Of a stretch of DNA of 64,000 nucleotides, positions 53,452 to 64,000 are shown piece by piece. The first letter of the stretch is position 1. Each line of letters opens with the position of its first letter. Source of the DNA: Hydrolagus colliei (lineage: Eukaryota); the NCBI GenBank assembly GCA_035084275.1, contig CM068742.1:78244001-78308000 (forward strand), read 5' to 3'. The notes beneath the pieces were generated by a model. It saw only the letters and a program-made list of their open reading frames with translations. It was not told where the DNA came from and searched no databases. The position numbers and the translations under genes were made by a program.

Positions 53452-55772
53452 TCTCTCTGTAGATTCATAGTCAAGGGTAAAAACAGAGAAACAAACGTAC
53501 ACACATGCACATACACAAACGCATACACACACATTACTGTTGTGAGTAGTCGGTCTGACCAATTTATCTGAGTAATAAATCCTTCCATTTGAGTTAGCAC
53601 CTTTCGCATTGGGAGATGTGACTGTGAAGAGCAATGATTGTGTATTTCTTTTGCAAACTATTTCTACATTAATGTAAAGACAATTCAAAATAAACTTTTA
53701 GAATTCAAATTATGCAGCTAATAAAAATACGGATAATATGGATATCACAGAAACATGACTGAGAGAGGATGCTGTCTATACGGATCGAGAAAAACAAATG
53801 TATCTATAAAGGCTGGAGGTAAATGAGCAAAGCTGAGCATTCTATAAACAGGCAGCATTAAATCTGGACTTGTCAATTGAAAATAGATATGTGTGAGTCG
53901 TGCAACACAAGATGTTCGCATTTCATTGCACAAGACACGTGGACATGTCACTTTGGTGTTTTTATATGCCAGTTTCTTTTTGCGCAAAGCTTTTGAAGGA
54001 TAATGTCTGCACAGTAAAATTGGGAGAATGAGCACCACAGTGATGGCAGCAAAGGTTGAGGAATCTAATCGGAATAATCAGAGAGTATTTCACGATCCCA
54101 TTTTTTGTTGTTGACAGGCAGAAATCGCAAATAAAATGCCAATGGAGGCTGCAAGTAGGGATGGATGGTTTGGCATCATCATCAAAGACGACAATATGGC
54201 AAGAACACAACAGTTAAGTGATTCCACGTATCTTAAAGGAAGTTTTCAATCTCTTCATGAAAACCAAGTATTCTTTGAATTAATTCTAGCAGGAAGGCCA
54301 TCCAGTTGAGAAAAGAATGGTTGTTGTTCAGTTATTTTGAAGAGCTAGCTGCTTCCTACTAATACTTGAAATGTAACATGTTTACCCCAACGTGCATCAG
54401 CTTTATATTGGCAACGGTCTTAACACAGACTTGATGACATCAATTATAAATTTAACAGTCGTTTGAATCTCACCAATTAATGAGTGACAATTAAGGTTTT
54501 TAAGAGTTGGTAATGCCACACACAAAAAAAAGACAGCAACTCTGAATCTTACCATTAATACCACTCGCTTTACAATTTAATTTCATGTCTCATATATATA
54601 TATACAAAACAACATTTGTAAAGCTCCTCTCAAATAGAAAAGATGTCTGAAGGCACATGATAATCCTGGTTTGGCACCCAAACTGAAGGTGGAGTTGGGG
54701 GAAGATGACCAATACACAAAGAATGTTGTCATGTCTCAGAGACCTTGAACTTATAAACACCAATCATGTTTGCTTTGCGTACTCCACCTGCCTACTCTGT
54801 CAGTTCATTTTACTTTTGGTTCATCTTGTACTAATGCGTGTTGACTGCAATGACACTTTTAGTAACATGCAATTGAATGCATGCTGTTAAAGTTCATGGT
54901 AAAGTTATAATGAAAATCTGTCAACTTGACTTGGTTGGCAGCACTCCCATCTCTAAGTGGGAGGGTTCAAGCCAGGGCTGTAGGACTTGAGTCCTGGACT
55001 AGGACTCGAGTCCTCATTTCAAGGACTCGGACTCGGCTGTGCAGGACTCGGACTCGACACCAGGGACTCGAGGACTTGGGCTTTGAGATCGCTGTGAGTC
55101 CCACAATTTTTCCGAATTCTGCAGTTGGCACATGGCTAAAAGTTACAGAGTAAAGTTGCAAACTGCACAGATTTTAATAAATCAAAAAAATATATACCAC
55201 AAACTGAAATAAAAACAGTCATGTTACACTTGTGATTAGAGGCTATCTACCTTCATTTCCCATGCATTTTTCATACCTGTTTGATGAAATTTTCAGCAAT
55301 ATTTTCACGTTAAATGCACGCCATGCATTGCAAGATTTCTTTTCTAAACTACACTGTCTGTGTAAAATTACTTTGGGATTAGCGCATATGGAATTAAGCT
55401 GGAGCACAACGTCAATTTAGAGAACACAATTACCCTATCAAATTTCACCTCAAATTCAACATATTTCTTATCATTTTGATTTAATAAAATATTATTGATA
55501 TGTAACAGTTGGTGTAATTCTTTACACAGTGGATTTTTGTCTTCTAAATATTTATAATGGAGGTAATTTTTACATTGGCAGTGTAATTGTTTTCTCTAAA
55601 TTGACGGTGTTCGCTGGTGGATAGGCACAGTTTCTCCGTCGAAGAGCACCATCCGATCCCCAGAGAGATATAAGCGTACCATGCTTATATTGCGTGCTAC
55701 GTACTAAAACCTCCCTCATTCTACAGTATCCTGCCTGCCCGGCACGGCCCGTACCAATTTACGAGCATCACC

Positions 55773-55952
55773 ATGTCTGCCGTGTCCTGAGTGATTTGGT
55801 ACGGGTACACGGATCTCACGGAATTGACAACACCAGGGGGGAAAACATCAAGCAAAATATACGGTAAGTTCTGCAAATCTGTGATAACAGAAATGTGTGG
55901 CACCACATCTAATTTCACACGCCATCTGCAGCGACTTCATAAAGAAAAATAA
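55773..55952 (+). pseudogene. BED zinc-finger remnant of the hAT transposase
   Basis: Manual translation from ATG 55773 gives MSAVS*VIWYGYTD...GKFCKSVITEMCGTTSNFTRHLQRLHKEK*. This matches the BED pattern Cx2C...TSNxxRHLxxxH with the first Cys mutated. Confidence 0.65.
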
Positions 55953-56095
55953 GTTTTGTACTCATTTACGATTAGACCATCCAATAAATTAAGTGTGTGT
56001 ATGTTTGGACTGTTGTCGTGAGGCGTTACTCATGAATCACGATAAATTTAATCATGTTAATAGTCTTGAAGATTTAATCTAATAAAGACTATTTT

Positions 56096-56672
56096 CAGGC
56101 CTACCCAACTATGTTGGGTAGGCCTCAGTCTACAGAAAAATCCATCTGGTTGGAGGAGTTGTCGCTCTCCTCCAACACAGGTGGAAGTCTCACATATAAT
56201 ATACTGCTACGTGCTGAAGTTGGCCTTACTAGGGCTAGATCTTAGGTCTATGTAGTAGAAATATATAAGGGGACTAAAATCTAGCCCCATAGAGATACGC
56301 ATAAAAAGTAGAGCGCGAGCGCTGTGAAGCGCTCTACTATTACTCTTTGCACATAACATGATTCCCATCTCGGCATTGCAAGGTAGCGAAAATCATGCAG
56401 TAGAGTCTACTGCGCATTACGCAATCACTCATTGGTCAAATATCCTTGGGAATCATGTTATGTGCAAAGATAGTAGAATGCTTTGTGGCGCTCGCGCTCT
56501 ACTTTTTACGCGTATCTCTATGGGGCTAGATTTTAGTCCCCATATACTACATAGCCCTATAAGGCCAACTTCAGCACGTCACGACTTCCATCTGTGTTGG
56601 AGGAGAGTGACAAAAGTCAGAAGTACGTACGTAAGATTCCTCCAACCAGATGGATTTTTCTAAGTAAGCCTG
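56096..56672. mobile_element. Foldback/MITE element nested in the hAT
   Basis: Long inverted arms ~56134-56367 and ~56447-56661 (e.g. AGAAAAATCCATCTGGTTGGAGG / CCTCCAACCAGATGGATTTTTCT, and GGGGACTAAAATCTAGCCCCATAGAGATACGC with its reverse complement). The outer ends are CAGGC(C/T)TAC. Confidence 0.85.
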
Positions 56673-56754
56673 TGTTCCCCACTTCCCAGACAGAAACAAC
56701 TTCACTATAAATGGTCCTAAAAAGTTTATCATCCACTCGGCATTCTTATAAAAT

Positions 56755-57375
56755 TCTTAGCTAAACAACATGTAAGCATGAAAACTTTTTTTTTCTTAAT
56801 ATCCAGTTCACAGTGATTGATATAATGACATTACATGTATTAGTAATCTGGATAAGTGTGGTACCTGAACAAAGCAGTAGAATGGATGTAAGGTAACAAT
56901 ATGTAACATGAAATACATGCTTTTCATCTAAAATATCCAACTGACAGTGTGTGATATTATTATAAGAATGTGGGTAAGTGATGGCCAGCTAAACAAGGTT
57001 TAGATGTTAGCTCAATTTATGTAAGCATAACTTTTTTTTCCTTTCTTTTAAAATATCCAGCAGTCCAGTCGACAGTGTTTGATACCATGGTAATCTCACT
57101 ATCAGGATAAGTAGTAGCTGAACAAGGTTTACATGTAACATTGTGTAAGCTGAAAATAGAAATAATGTATAAATAAAAAAACATTATTTTGAAATATCCA
57201 GGTGACACTGTTTGATATTATAGTAATATCACTATCTGGATAAGTAGTAGTTGAACAAGGTTTACACATCTAAAAAAATGTATTAAAAAAATTGAAATAT
57301 CCAGCTGACAATGTTTGATATTGTAGGCCTTTATAGTGATCTGATCTGGACAAGTGGTAGCTGAACAAGATTTAA
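56755..57375. repeat. Degenerate tandem repeat, about five units of ~100-140 bp, inside the hAT
   Basis: Recurring AATATCCA(G)...ACAGTGTTTGATAT...GGATAAGT...GCTGAACAAG blocks with cores near 56798, 56932, 57052, 57194 and 57296. Confidence 0.75.
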
Positions 57376-58504
57376 CAGACAGAGTAGAAAGACTTCAGCT
57401 TGCATTTAGGTATGATATGTAGATATGAGGTGAAGCAGAGGAGAAAAGATATTAAAAATTAAAAATAGAGAGTGAAGACACTAATTGTCATCTGTGTACT
57501 AGTATAGTTATTGTGATTTATTGTCAATTTCTTGTCAGTTTTACCTTTTCTTGTAACTCTAGCTAGGTTTTTGTGCTGAAATCAGTGCAGTGGCTTTATT
57601 AGACAAGTGACTGATGACTTGAGAAGTCAATATTCCTTGTACTTCAGGGACTAAAAATAAAAATTTTATTTGTTCTTGAACCAAACCATAAAGTACTTGA
57701 ACTTCGGGATAATGAGTCAATTTACTGCATAAAGCCATGAAGTAAGAACCCAACCCTTGTAAGCAAAGCGTAGCAAGCAATATACATCACAAAAAGATAT
57801 AAGACTGAAATTCTAGTATATATAAGTTGGTGATGGGCGTGAATTTTTACATGGAGGACTTGGACTCAGACATTGAGGACTTGGACTCGGACATTAAAAA
57901 GTGGCAGGGACTCGGACTCGGTCACCAGGGACTCGGACTCAGACTCAGATGAAGAGGACTCGACTGCAGCCCTGGTTCAAGCTGCATACCAGAACCTTAA
58001 TATTTAGAGCCTCATCAGACAATGCAGCGCACACTGTTACATATCAATAATATGGTAATTCACAGGTAGTTGCTGACATTTAGCTGTCACATCCACCTGA
58101 TCATCCTCCTTGGGGAGAAACAAACTGGATCTCTTTGAGTTGATGTGCTTGGTAACCGCACATTGATATTGAGTTGGTGGCATTCTCAGTAGTCTAGCTC
58201 TTGTGCCAAGCAGCTTGACAGGGTGGTTCTGATGACAGACCAGCCAGTGTGACTCATCAGCATGACTTGATGGAGCAGACCAGTCAGGAGAAAGCAGGGA
58301 TTTTTTTTTCCTTCATCTCCCGTTAATCATGCAAACACAAACCATCATGAGTAAAGTGGTCCTAACTGGACAACAGCAAATTACATTTATAGAGCGCCTT
58401 TCATGTCGGGAGACACTGCTTTCAGTTGGAGATTGCACGTTTTTAAATTATTAAACTCTTCAAACTCTCTGATCTTTGGTTCTTGTAAAATTGGTTATAG
58501 ATGT

Positions 58505-58809
58505 TGATAATAATAATCCTTGCATTGATACAGCGCTTTTCACATTTTCTAGATGTCTCAATGCACTTCACAGAATATACTGTAAAGAGAATCGACAATT
58601 TGTTGGTGAAATACGGCAGCCAATTGCACACAGCAGTGTCCCATAAACAGTCGTCAATTGAAACAAGCAATTTATTAGTGTGTTTTTTTAAGGGATTATT
58701 GTTAGGTGAGTGGAGTAAGGAACCTCGCCCAAGATTTTGCCCTGCCTGGAATTGAACCCAGGTCTGTCGCTTATAAAGCGAGTGTTCTAGCTATTGAGTT
58801 GTAGGACTC
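58505..58809 (-). mobile_element. Same SINE family (short variant)
   Basis: Full-length reverse-complement match. Confidence 0.85.
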
Positions 58810-60291
58810 TACTGTGACTTTGCTTTTTGCAAATTGGCCTAGTACATGCACAGTCATTATACTTTACAGTCAATCCAGTAAACCATTGCGATGTCCCACA
58901 AATAGCCATGTTATGAATGACCAATTTTAACTGGAAGATTGTTTACTAGGACATCTGAAGAAACTCTTCTATTTTTGAATAGTGCCACAGGATGTTTAAC
59001 AAACATCTAGATAAATAGACAAACATCCCAAACACAGCGTGCATCTGGCCTATTTTTATTAGTCTGGAACAATGATTCTCAGAACTGCTTGGGGAATGAA
59101 TGGAAACATGTTGGGTGCAGTTTAATCTCTATGTTTGTACTATACAAGGTTTGTCAAGCAATTCCACCCTACTTACAAAATTTGTCAGTGTGTTTCATGT
59201 CATTTTTGATCAGGTGTGAGAACACCTTAGCAGTTACAGCGACAACACAACAGATGCATAGTTAATGTAAAAAGGTTCATATTAAAGGCAGAAAAAATGC
59301 CCAGTGAGTCTTTTGCATGGCATTCAATTTCCTTATGTAAAGAATGAATCAACAGGATTGGCAAATATTTTCTCTACTGGAGGCAACCTACAGCATTTTC
59401 TATACGGAAAGAATTCACAGGTAGTTACTGACATTTAGCTGTCAGCGAAGCACAGTGGGAAGCACTCTTGTCCTGTTCGGGTGAATTCAGTTCAATGCTG
59501 CTTTGGAAGGTACAGTCAAAGTACCACAGACAGATGTAGTTTATTCTATGCAACATGGCAGAACATTCTGTGCACAGCAAGATCCTACAAACAGCGATGT
59601 GAATAATCAATTTTATCTCGGGGATTATTGGCTAGGACATGAAGGCAAATTCCCTTCTCCTTCGGAAATAGAGCCTGATAATTAACAGGCAAATGGGACC
59701 TGGGTCTAGCATCCCATCTGAACAGTAACACCGCTGGCAACTCACTGCTCCCCTAATACTGCACTAGAATGTCCACCTAGACTACTGGGTCCCGTCCTGA
59801 TGGAGTTTGAACCCATAACATTCTCAAGCAACAATGAATGAATGGCAGCTTGGCTATGGATAAAAAACCAGTCAAGATCACCATCTTTATTTTGCCCATT
59901 ATTTGCATAACACATAGATTATCAGTGTGGTGTCCACTCAATTATGAATGGTATAGTCATGATGCAATCTGAATGACAGCCTGGTGCAACTTTACTGTGT
60001 CTTCCCACTTTAATTGGAGGTTCTTGTGTGCTCTCTACTCTGCAAACTTACAAACTCATCCCAGAGGCCAAGCATCAATGTATTCTGAATATTTGGGGAA
60101 GTGAGTGTATATTGCATCTATCTAAAGCTAAATGAAAAGAGTATACTGTACAATGATAACAGTAGGCTTAAGATATTTCAAAATTGTGCAATTCTAATGT
60201 CCTTGCAATTCTAATGCAATCCTAATGTCCTCTAGGACACATTAATGTGTCCTAGAGGACACATTAATGTCCTCTGATGTGCAATTCTAAT

Positions 60292-60625
60292 GTCCTGTAG
60301 CTCAGTGGTTAGAGCACTCGCCTTACAAGTGTGAGATCTGTGTTCAAATTCAGGCAGGTCAGGTCAGGGCGAAACCTTGGGCAAGTTTCCTTACTCCACC
60401 CACCTAATAATAATCCCTCCCCTCAAAAAAGCCACAATAGTAAAATCTTGGTCATTTCAATCCACGACTGTTTGTGGGACACTGCTGTGCACAATTGGCT
60501 GCTGTGTTTGCCCACAAATACACAGTCAATCCACTTGATAGTATATTCTGTGAAGTGCTTTGAGACGTCTAAAAGATATGAAAAGTGCTAAATCAAATGC
60601 AAGGATTATTATTATTATATATTAT
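60292..60625 (+). mobile_element. Same SINE family (short variant)
   Basis: GTCCTGTAGCTCAGTGGTTAGAGCACTCG...GCAAGG(ATT)n. Confidence 0.88.
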
Positions 60626-61085
60626 AATGTGATTTCATGTAGAATAACAAAAACGTATCGCACAGTGTAGCGATTATAGCAACTATATAATTGTGAGCAT
60701 TCTAGAGACCAGAAACCAAGACATTGAAGGGAATCTAAGGGACAAAGAAAAGTCATGGAAATCAGGCTTGTTTCTTGAGGATAGGTGTGACTGCTGTCTG
60801 ACCTGATTGAAGTTTTCATGATTGTGAAAACTTGGAAAGGTGTGATGAGAAGGCAAATTGTGATATTGAGAATTACCAATCAGCGTTGAGGCTGAAGTTT
60901 GCATGCCTTTTCCTGTGCTGACATGTTTTCATGTACAGGTAAATGTAAATGCCAGCTACATTCTGAATAGTGCTGAGTTAAGTTATCCACACAAATTCCA
61001 CTATTTGATGCAACTTTTAGAATTCCAACAGATGCTTGTACTCCACAATAATATTCAGATATGACAAGAACAACAATTGACATTC

Positions 61086-61482
61086 GAGTCCTGTAGTTTA
61101 GTGGTTAGAGCACTCACCTTGCAGCGAGAGGACTTGGGTTCAATTCCCAGCAGGGCAAATCATTGGGCGGGTTTCCTTACTCCACACACCTGATTACCTA
61201 GCAGTGAGTAGGATCCCAGTGTTAGTTGATTAGTGGATTACTTTTCCAAGGATAATAATCCCTTCAAAAAAAATGTGGTCGCTCGATCCATGACTGTTTG
61301 TGATACACTGCTGTGCACAATTCGCTGTCACATTTTGCCGACCGAATACAGTACATTTACCTAGACCAATATAGTAAAACATAGTCAATTTCCAATACAG
61401 TGAATTTACTTTACGGTACATTCTGTGAAGCACTTTGAGACATCTTGAAGATGTGGTAAGTATAAAATAAAGGATTATTATA
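61086..61482 (+). mobile_element. Same SINE family (long variant)
   Basis: Head GAGTCCTGTAG, internal TTACCTAGCAGTGAGTAGG, and the family tail. Confidence 0.82.
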
Positions 61483-62194
61483 ATGTTGGGAGGAGATCCC
61501 AAAGCACTTTATACAGCGAGCTGGGCACCCAAGCTGGACAAGTTGTGGCACAAGGGGCATGTGAGCCAGGCACAGCTGATAATAAATGGATTTTATTTAA
61601 AATAAATAAGATATTGCTGTGTACAACTGGCTCTCGCGCCTCGCCCACAAAATACTCAGTCACTCCACTTTACAGCATACAATAAAATTACGTTTATAGT
61701 GACTTTCACGTCGGGAGATATCACATATATGCTGTACAGCCTTTTGAGAGGGATTATATCAAATGCAAGTATTATGAGTATTTTGTGCATTAAGATGCTA
61801 ATTCACTATCGTCAATTAACAGATTGAAGAAAATATTTTTTTGTCAACAATGCTCATAGCATTGAAACACACTAGGTTCATGTTTGGTAAAAAAGACACT
61901 AAAAATGCACTTGAAACAAAAAAGTATTGCCAATAAGCATTTCTGTTTAATTAAGACCTACATGGTGCCTTTAATTAACCAAATATGTGAAAAATCAACA
62001 CAATGTGTGAATTATTTCTGCTTACGCAATGCATCTAGCACTTCTTTGAGTTGAGATTTCATTCTCTCCTGTTTTATACTCACAGTGAAATTTGGTGTTT
62101 GTTGTGTGTGTGGGGGTGTGTGTATATATGTGTGGAGGGAGTGGAGATTTGTGAAAGAGATTTTATGTTGCTCTAACTAACGATACAACTCCGG

Positions 62195-62345
62195 TAAACT
62201 GTTGAGTAATTGCAAGTCGGTTTTTTTCTCTCTCCCTCTCTCTGGATGATGCAAGAGAATACACGAGTGTAAGCTTTTGTTTGCCGGAGACTGAATAAAG
62301 GAGCAGCCGGGAGCTGACTTATTAATTTGAACAGCAGCAAGCACA
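62195..62345 (+). promoter_or_regulatory. Putative SLC7A11 proximal promoter with an AP-1/Maf-like site and a C/EBP-ATF (AARE)-like site
   Basis: TGAGTAA (62203-62209) overlapping TTGCAA, TGATGCAAG (62247-62255; CARE consensus TGATGnAAn), an AT-rich GAATAAA element near 62294, and GCTGACT near 62314, all about 350-480 bp upstream of the ATG. Mammalian SLC7A11 is an established ATF4 and NRF2 target. Confidence 0.55.
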
Positions 62346-62347
62346 GT

Positions 62348-62573
62348 CACACACACACACATATAGGGAGAGAGAGAGAGAGAGAGAGAAACAGGCACAG
62401 GTGAAATGGACATCAGAAACAATCCCATTTTAAACACACACACACAGTGATTTGTTACTCACTCATTGTAGGCAAAGCAAAACTCGGTGCTGGGATCAGT
62501 CAGTGACAGACAGACAGACAGACAGAGACACACACACACACACAGACAGATAGACAGACAGACAGACAGATAG
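62348..62573. repeat. Compound (CA)n/(GA)n/(GACA)n microsatellites in the putative SLC7A11 5' UTR
   Basis: Directly visible runs at 62348-62388 and 62505-62573. Confidence 0.85.
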
Positions 62574-62684
62574 AGGGGGGAAAAAAAGATCCAAACAACA
62601 ACGCAAAAATACTGGAGCAGGTTTGCTGTGACATTATCAGTAGCATTTCAAAGTCAGAGGGAGCTGACCGACTCCACTCCAGAC

Positions 62685-62955
62685 ATGCCCGTCCGCACCA
62701 AGTCCCCCATCTCCAGAGGAGATGCCACCAAAGGTGATGCCAATGGTTTCCTCTCGCCGCCAGACCCAGGTGCCAGCCGCCAGAACAAGGTCATCCTGAA
62801 GAAGAAAGTCACCCTGCTGAGGGGGATATCCATCATTGTCGGGACCATCATCGGCGCTGGCATCTTCATCTCCCCCAAGGGCATCCTGGCCCACACTGGC
62901 ACTGTGGGCATGTCCCTGACCGTGTGGGCGGCGTGTGGCGTCTTCTCCCTGTTTG
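62685..62955 (+). CDS. SLC7A11: First coding exon of cystine/glutamate transporter xCT (SLC7 / LAT-family light chain)
   Basis: ATG at 62685 opens MPVRTKSP...[57 protein letters not shown]. This closely matches the xCT N-terminus as I recall it ([26 protein letters not shown]...GMSL.IW..CGVLSLFG); GAGIF rather than GSGIF favours SLC7A11 over its paralogues. The exon is 271 nt (phase 1) and ends at the canonical donor G|GTGAGT (62956). The rest of ORF 62628..63332 is intron read-through. Confidence 0.92.
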
Positions 62956-64000
62956 GTGAGTTCCTCAAACTTTTTCTGAGTGCAAACTTTAAAGTTTTAA
63001 GTTTAAACTTTAAAGATATGTCAGCCACGCTGGTTGCCCAAATAGGAAGGATTCCCCCCCCCCCCCCCCCCCACCCCACACCCTCCAAAAAACAAAAATC
63101 AGCCCAAAGAAGACGAGGTGAGAAGCATCCAAAGACTTATCCAAAAAAAAGCCTCCCAGGTGAACAGCAGATTGAGGCTGGAGCGATTCAGCAGCAAAAC
63201 ATTCATCCAGGAAGCCGTGAACTGCACAATCTGCAAATAGATGGATCACTTATTGTGGCTCTTATTTCTTCGTTTGAACTCAGTTGCTGGTGTTGTCAGT
63301 CTGGACATTTGCCTGATCACACAGTTAAATAACCATAAGCAGATGATAGCAACATATGCATCAACTTTTACTGATGGGTCGTAGGTTTGTACCAGAAACG
63401 TGGTGGTATCTATTGTTTTGTCGCAAGTGTATATTTGGGATTTGAATTCATTTACACTGAAAACAGTCTGTCAATTGTGTGGTGAACTCTTGGTAATTTC
63501 ACACCCAAACTTTTTGGAGTCCTTTACAGCCGTGCACACTGCTTTCATTGTGTTCCAACCTGAATTATGTATGTCGGCTGAGATTGCTGAGAGATATAAA
63601 TGGTGATGTGGTATACACTTTAAATATTGAAAAGAAACATGCAGTCAAAGCATTTTAGGATCCATTCAGTATTACTTTGGTTTCCCAGCTGGCATTATTT
63701 CTGAATAAATTCAAACGTATTTACTCTGCCAAGGTTAGATTCCATTGGGGAATGGAACTACTAAAACAACTGAATACACCAACCAACCACAACAACAAAT
63801 TTAACTGATATTATATTTTACAACTAGTTTAAAATCTTTTTAATACAAGACAATAATTGAATCCTATCATGTTGAAAAGTGCTTTATAACTTAATCTCAT
63901 GTAGCACAATTCACATAGAATCATCTCTTCAAGAGCATTGCAAAGACATTTGTTTAGGGAAGAAACAACAGGGGTTTTGAGAATGTTGGGAAGAGTCAAG

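Larger units (their letters stand above)
54973..57974 (+). mobile_element. Internally deleted hAT transposon (3.0 kb)
   Basis: TIR CAGGGCTG(T/C)AG and a perfect 8-bp TSD GTTCAAGC (54965-54972 and 57975-57982). GGACTCG subterminal repeat clusters occur at both ends, and a BED-finger remnant lies inside. Confidence 0.92.

Noticed and set aside
56755-57375. Repeat array as a possible CRISPR
   Set aside because: The units are degenerate along their whole length with no unique spacers. There are no cas genes, the context is vertebrate, and the array lies inside a hAT element.
62956-63332. C-terminal part of ORF 62628..63332 and the antisense ORFs over exon 1
   Set aside because: Transporter similarity ends at the GT donor. 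The remainder is intron read-through or an antisense shadow of the exon.

Overview
Vertebrate genomic DNA, not prokaryotic. It is AT-rich, CpG-depleted and dense in repeats. The mix of tRNA/Deu-domain SINEs with L2-type tails, CR1, L2 and Penelope-like elements suggests a cartilaginous fish, probably a chimaera (inference). About 62 kb is intergenic sequence upstream of one host gene: the first coding exon of the cystine/glutamate antiporter light chain SLC7A11 (xCT) at 62685-62955, with its proximal promoter and the start of intron 1. The upstream region contains a 5'-truncated Ty3/Gypsy element (one gag-pol frame, three in-frame stops, one LTR) and a Penelope-like GIY-YIG fragment ending in a minimal hammerhead-ribozyme motif. 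It also holds several TIR/TSD-bounded non-autonomous DNA transposons, including a 3-kb hAT with a nested foldback element, plus a candidate solo LTR, a 5'-truncated U2 snRNA copy, many SINE/LINE fragments, and an old ~770-bp degenerate palindrome containing an RFX-like site. Nearly all short ORFs in the supplied track are spurious or TE-derived. I found no convincing new multi-gene system. The best leads are small: the ribozyme motif, the U2 breakpoint, the palindromes, and ATF4/Maf-type motifs near SLC7A11. All family assignments come from motif recognition, without database searches.
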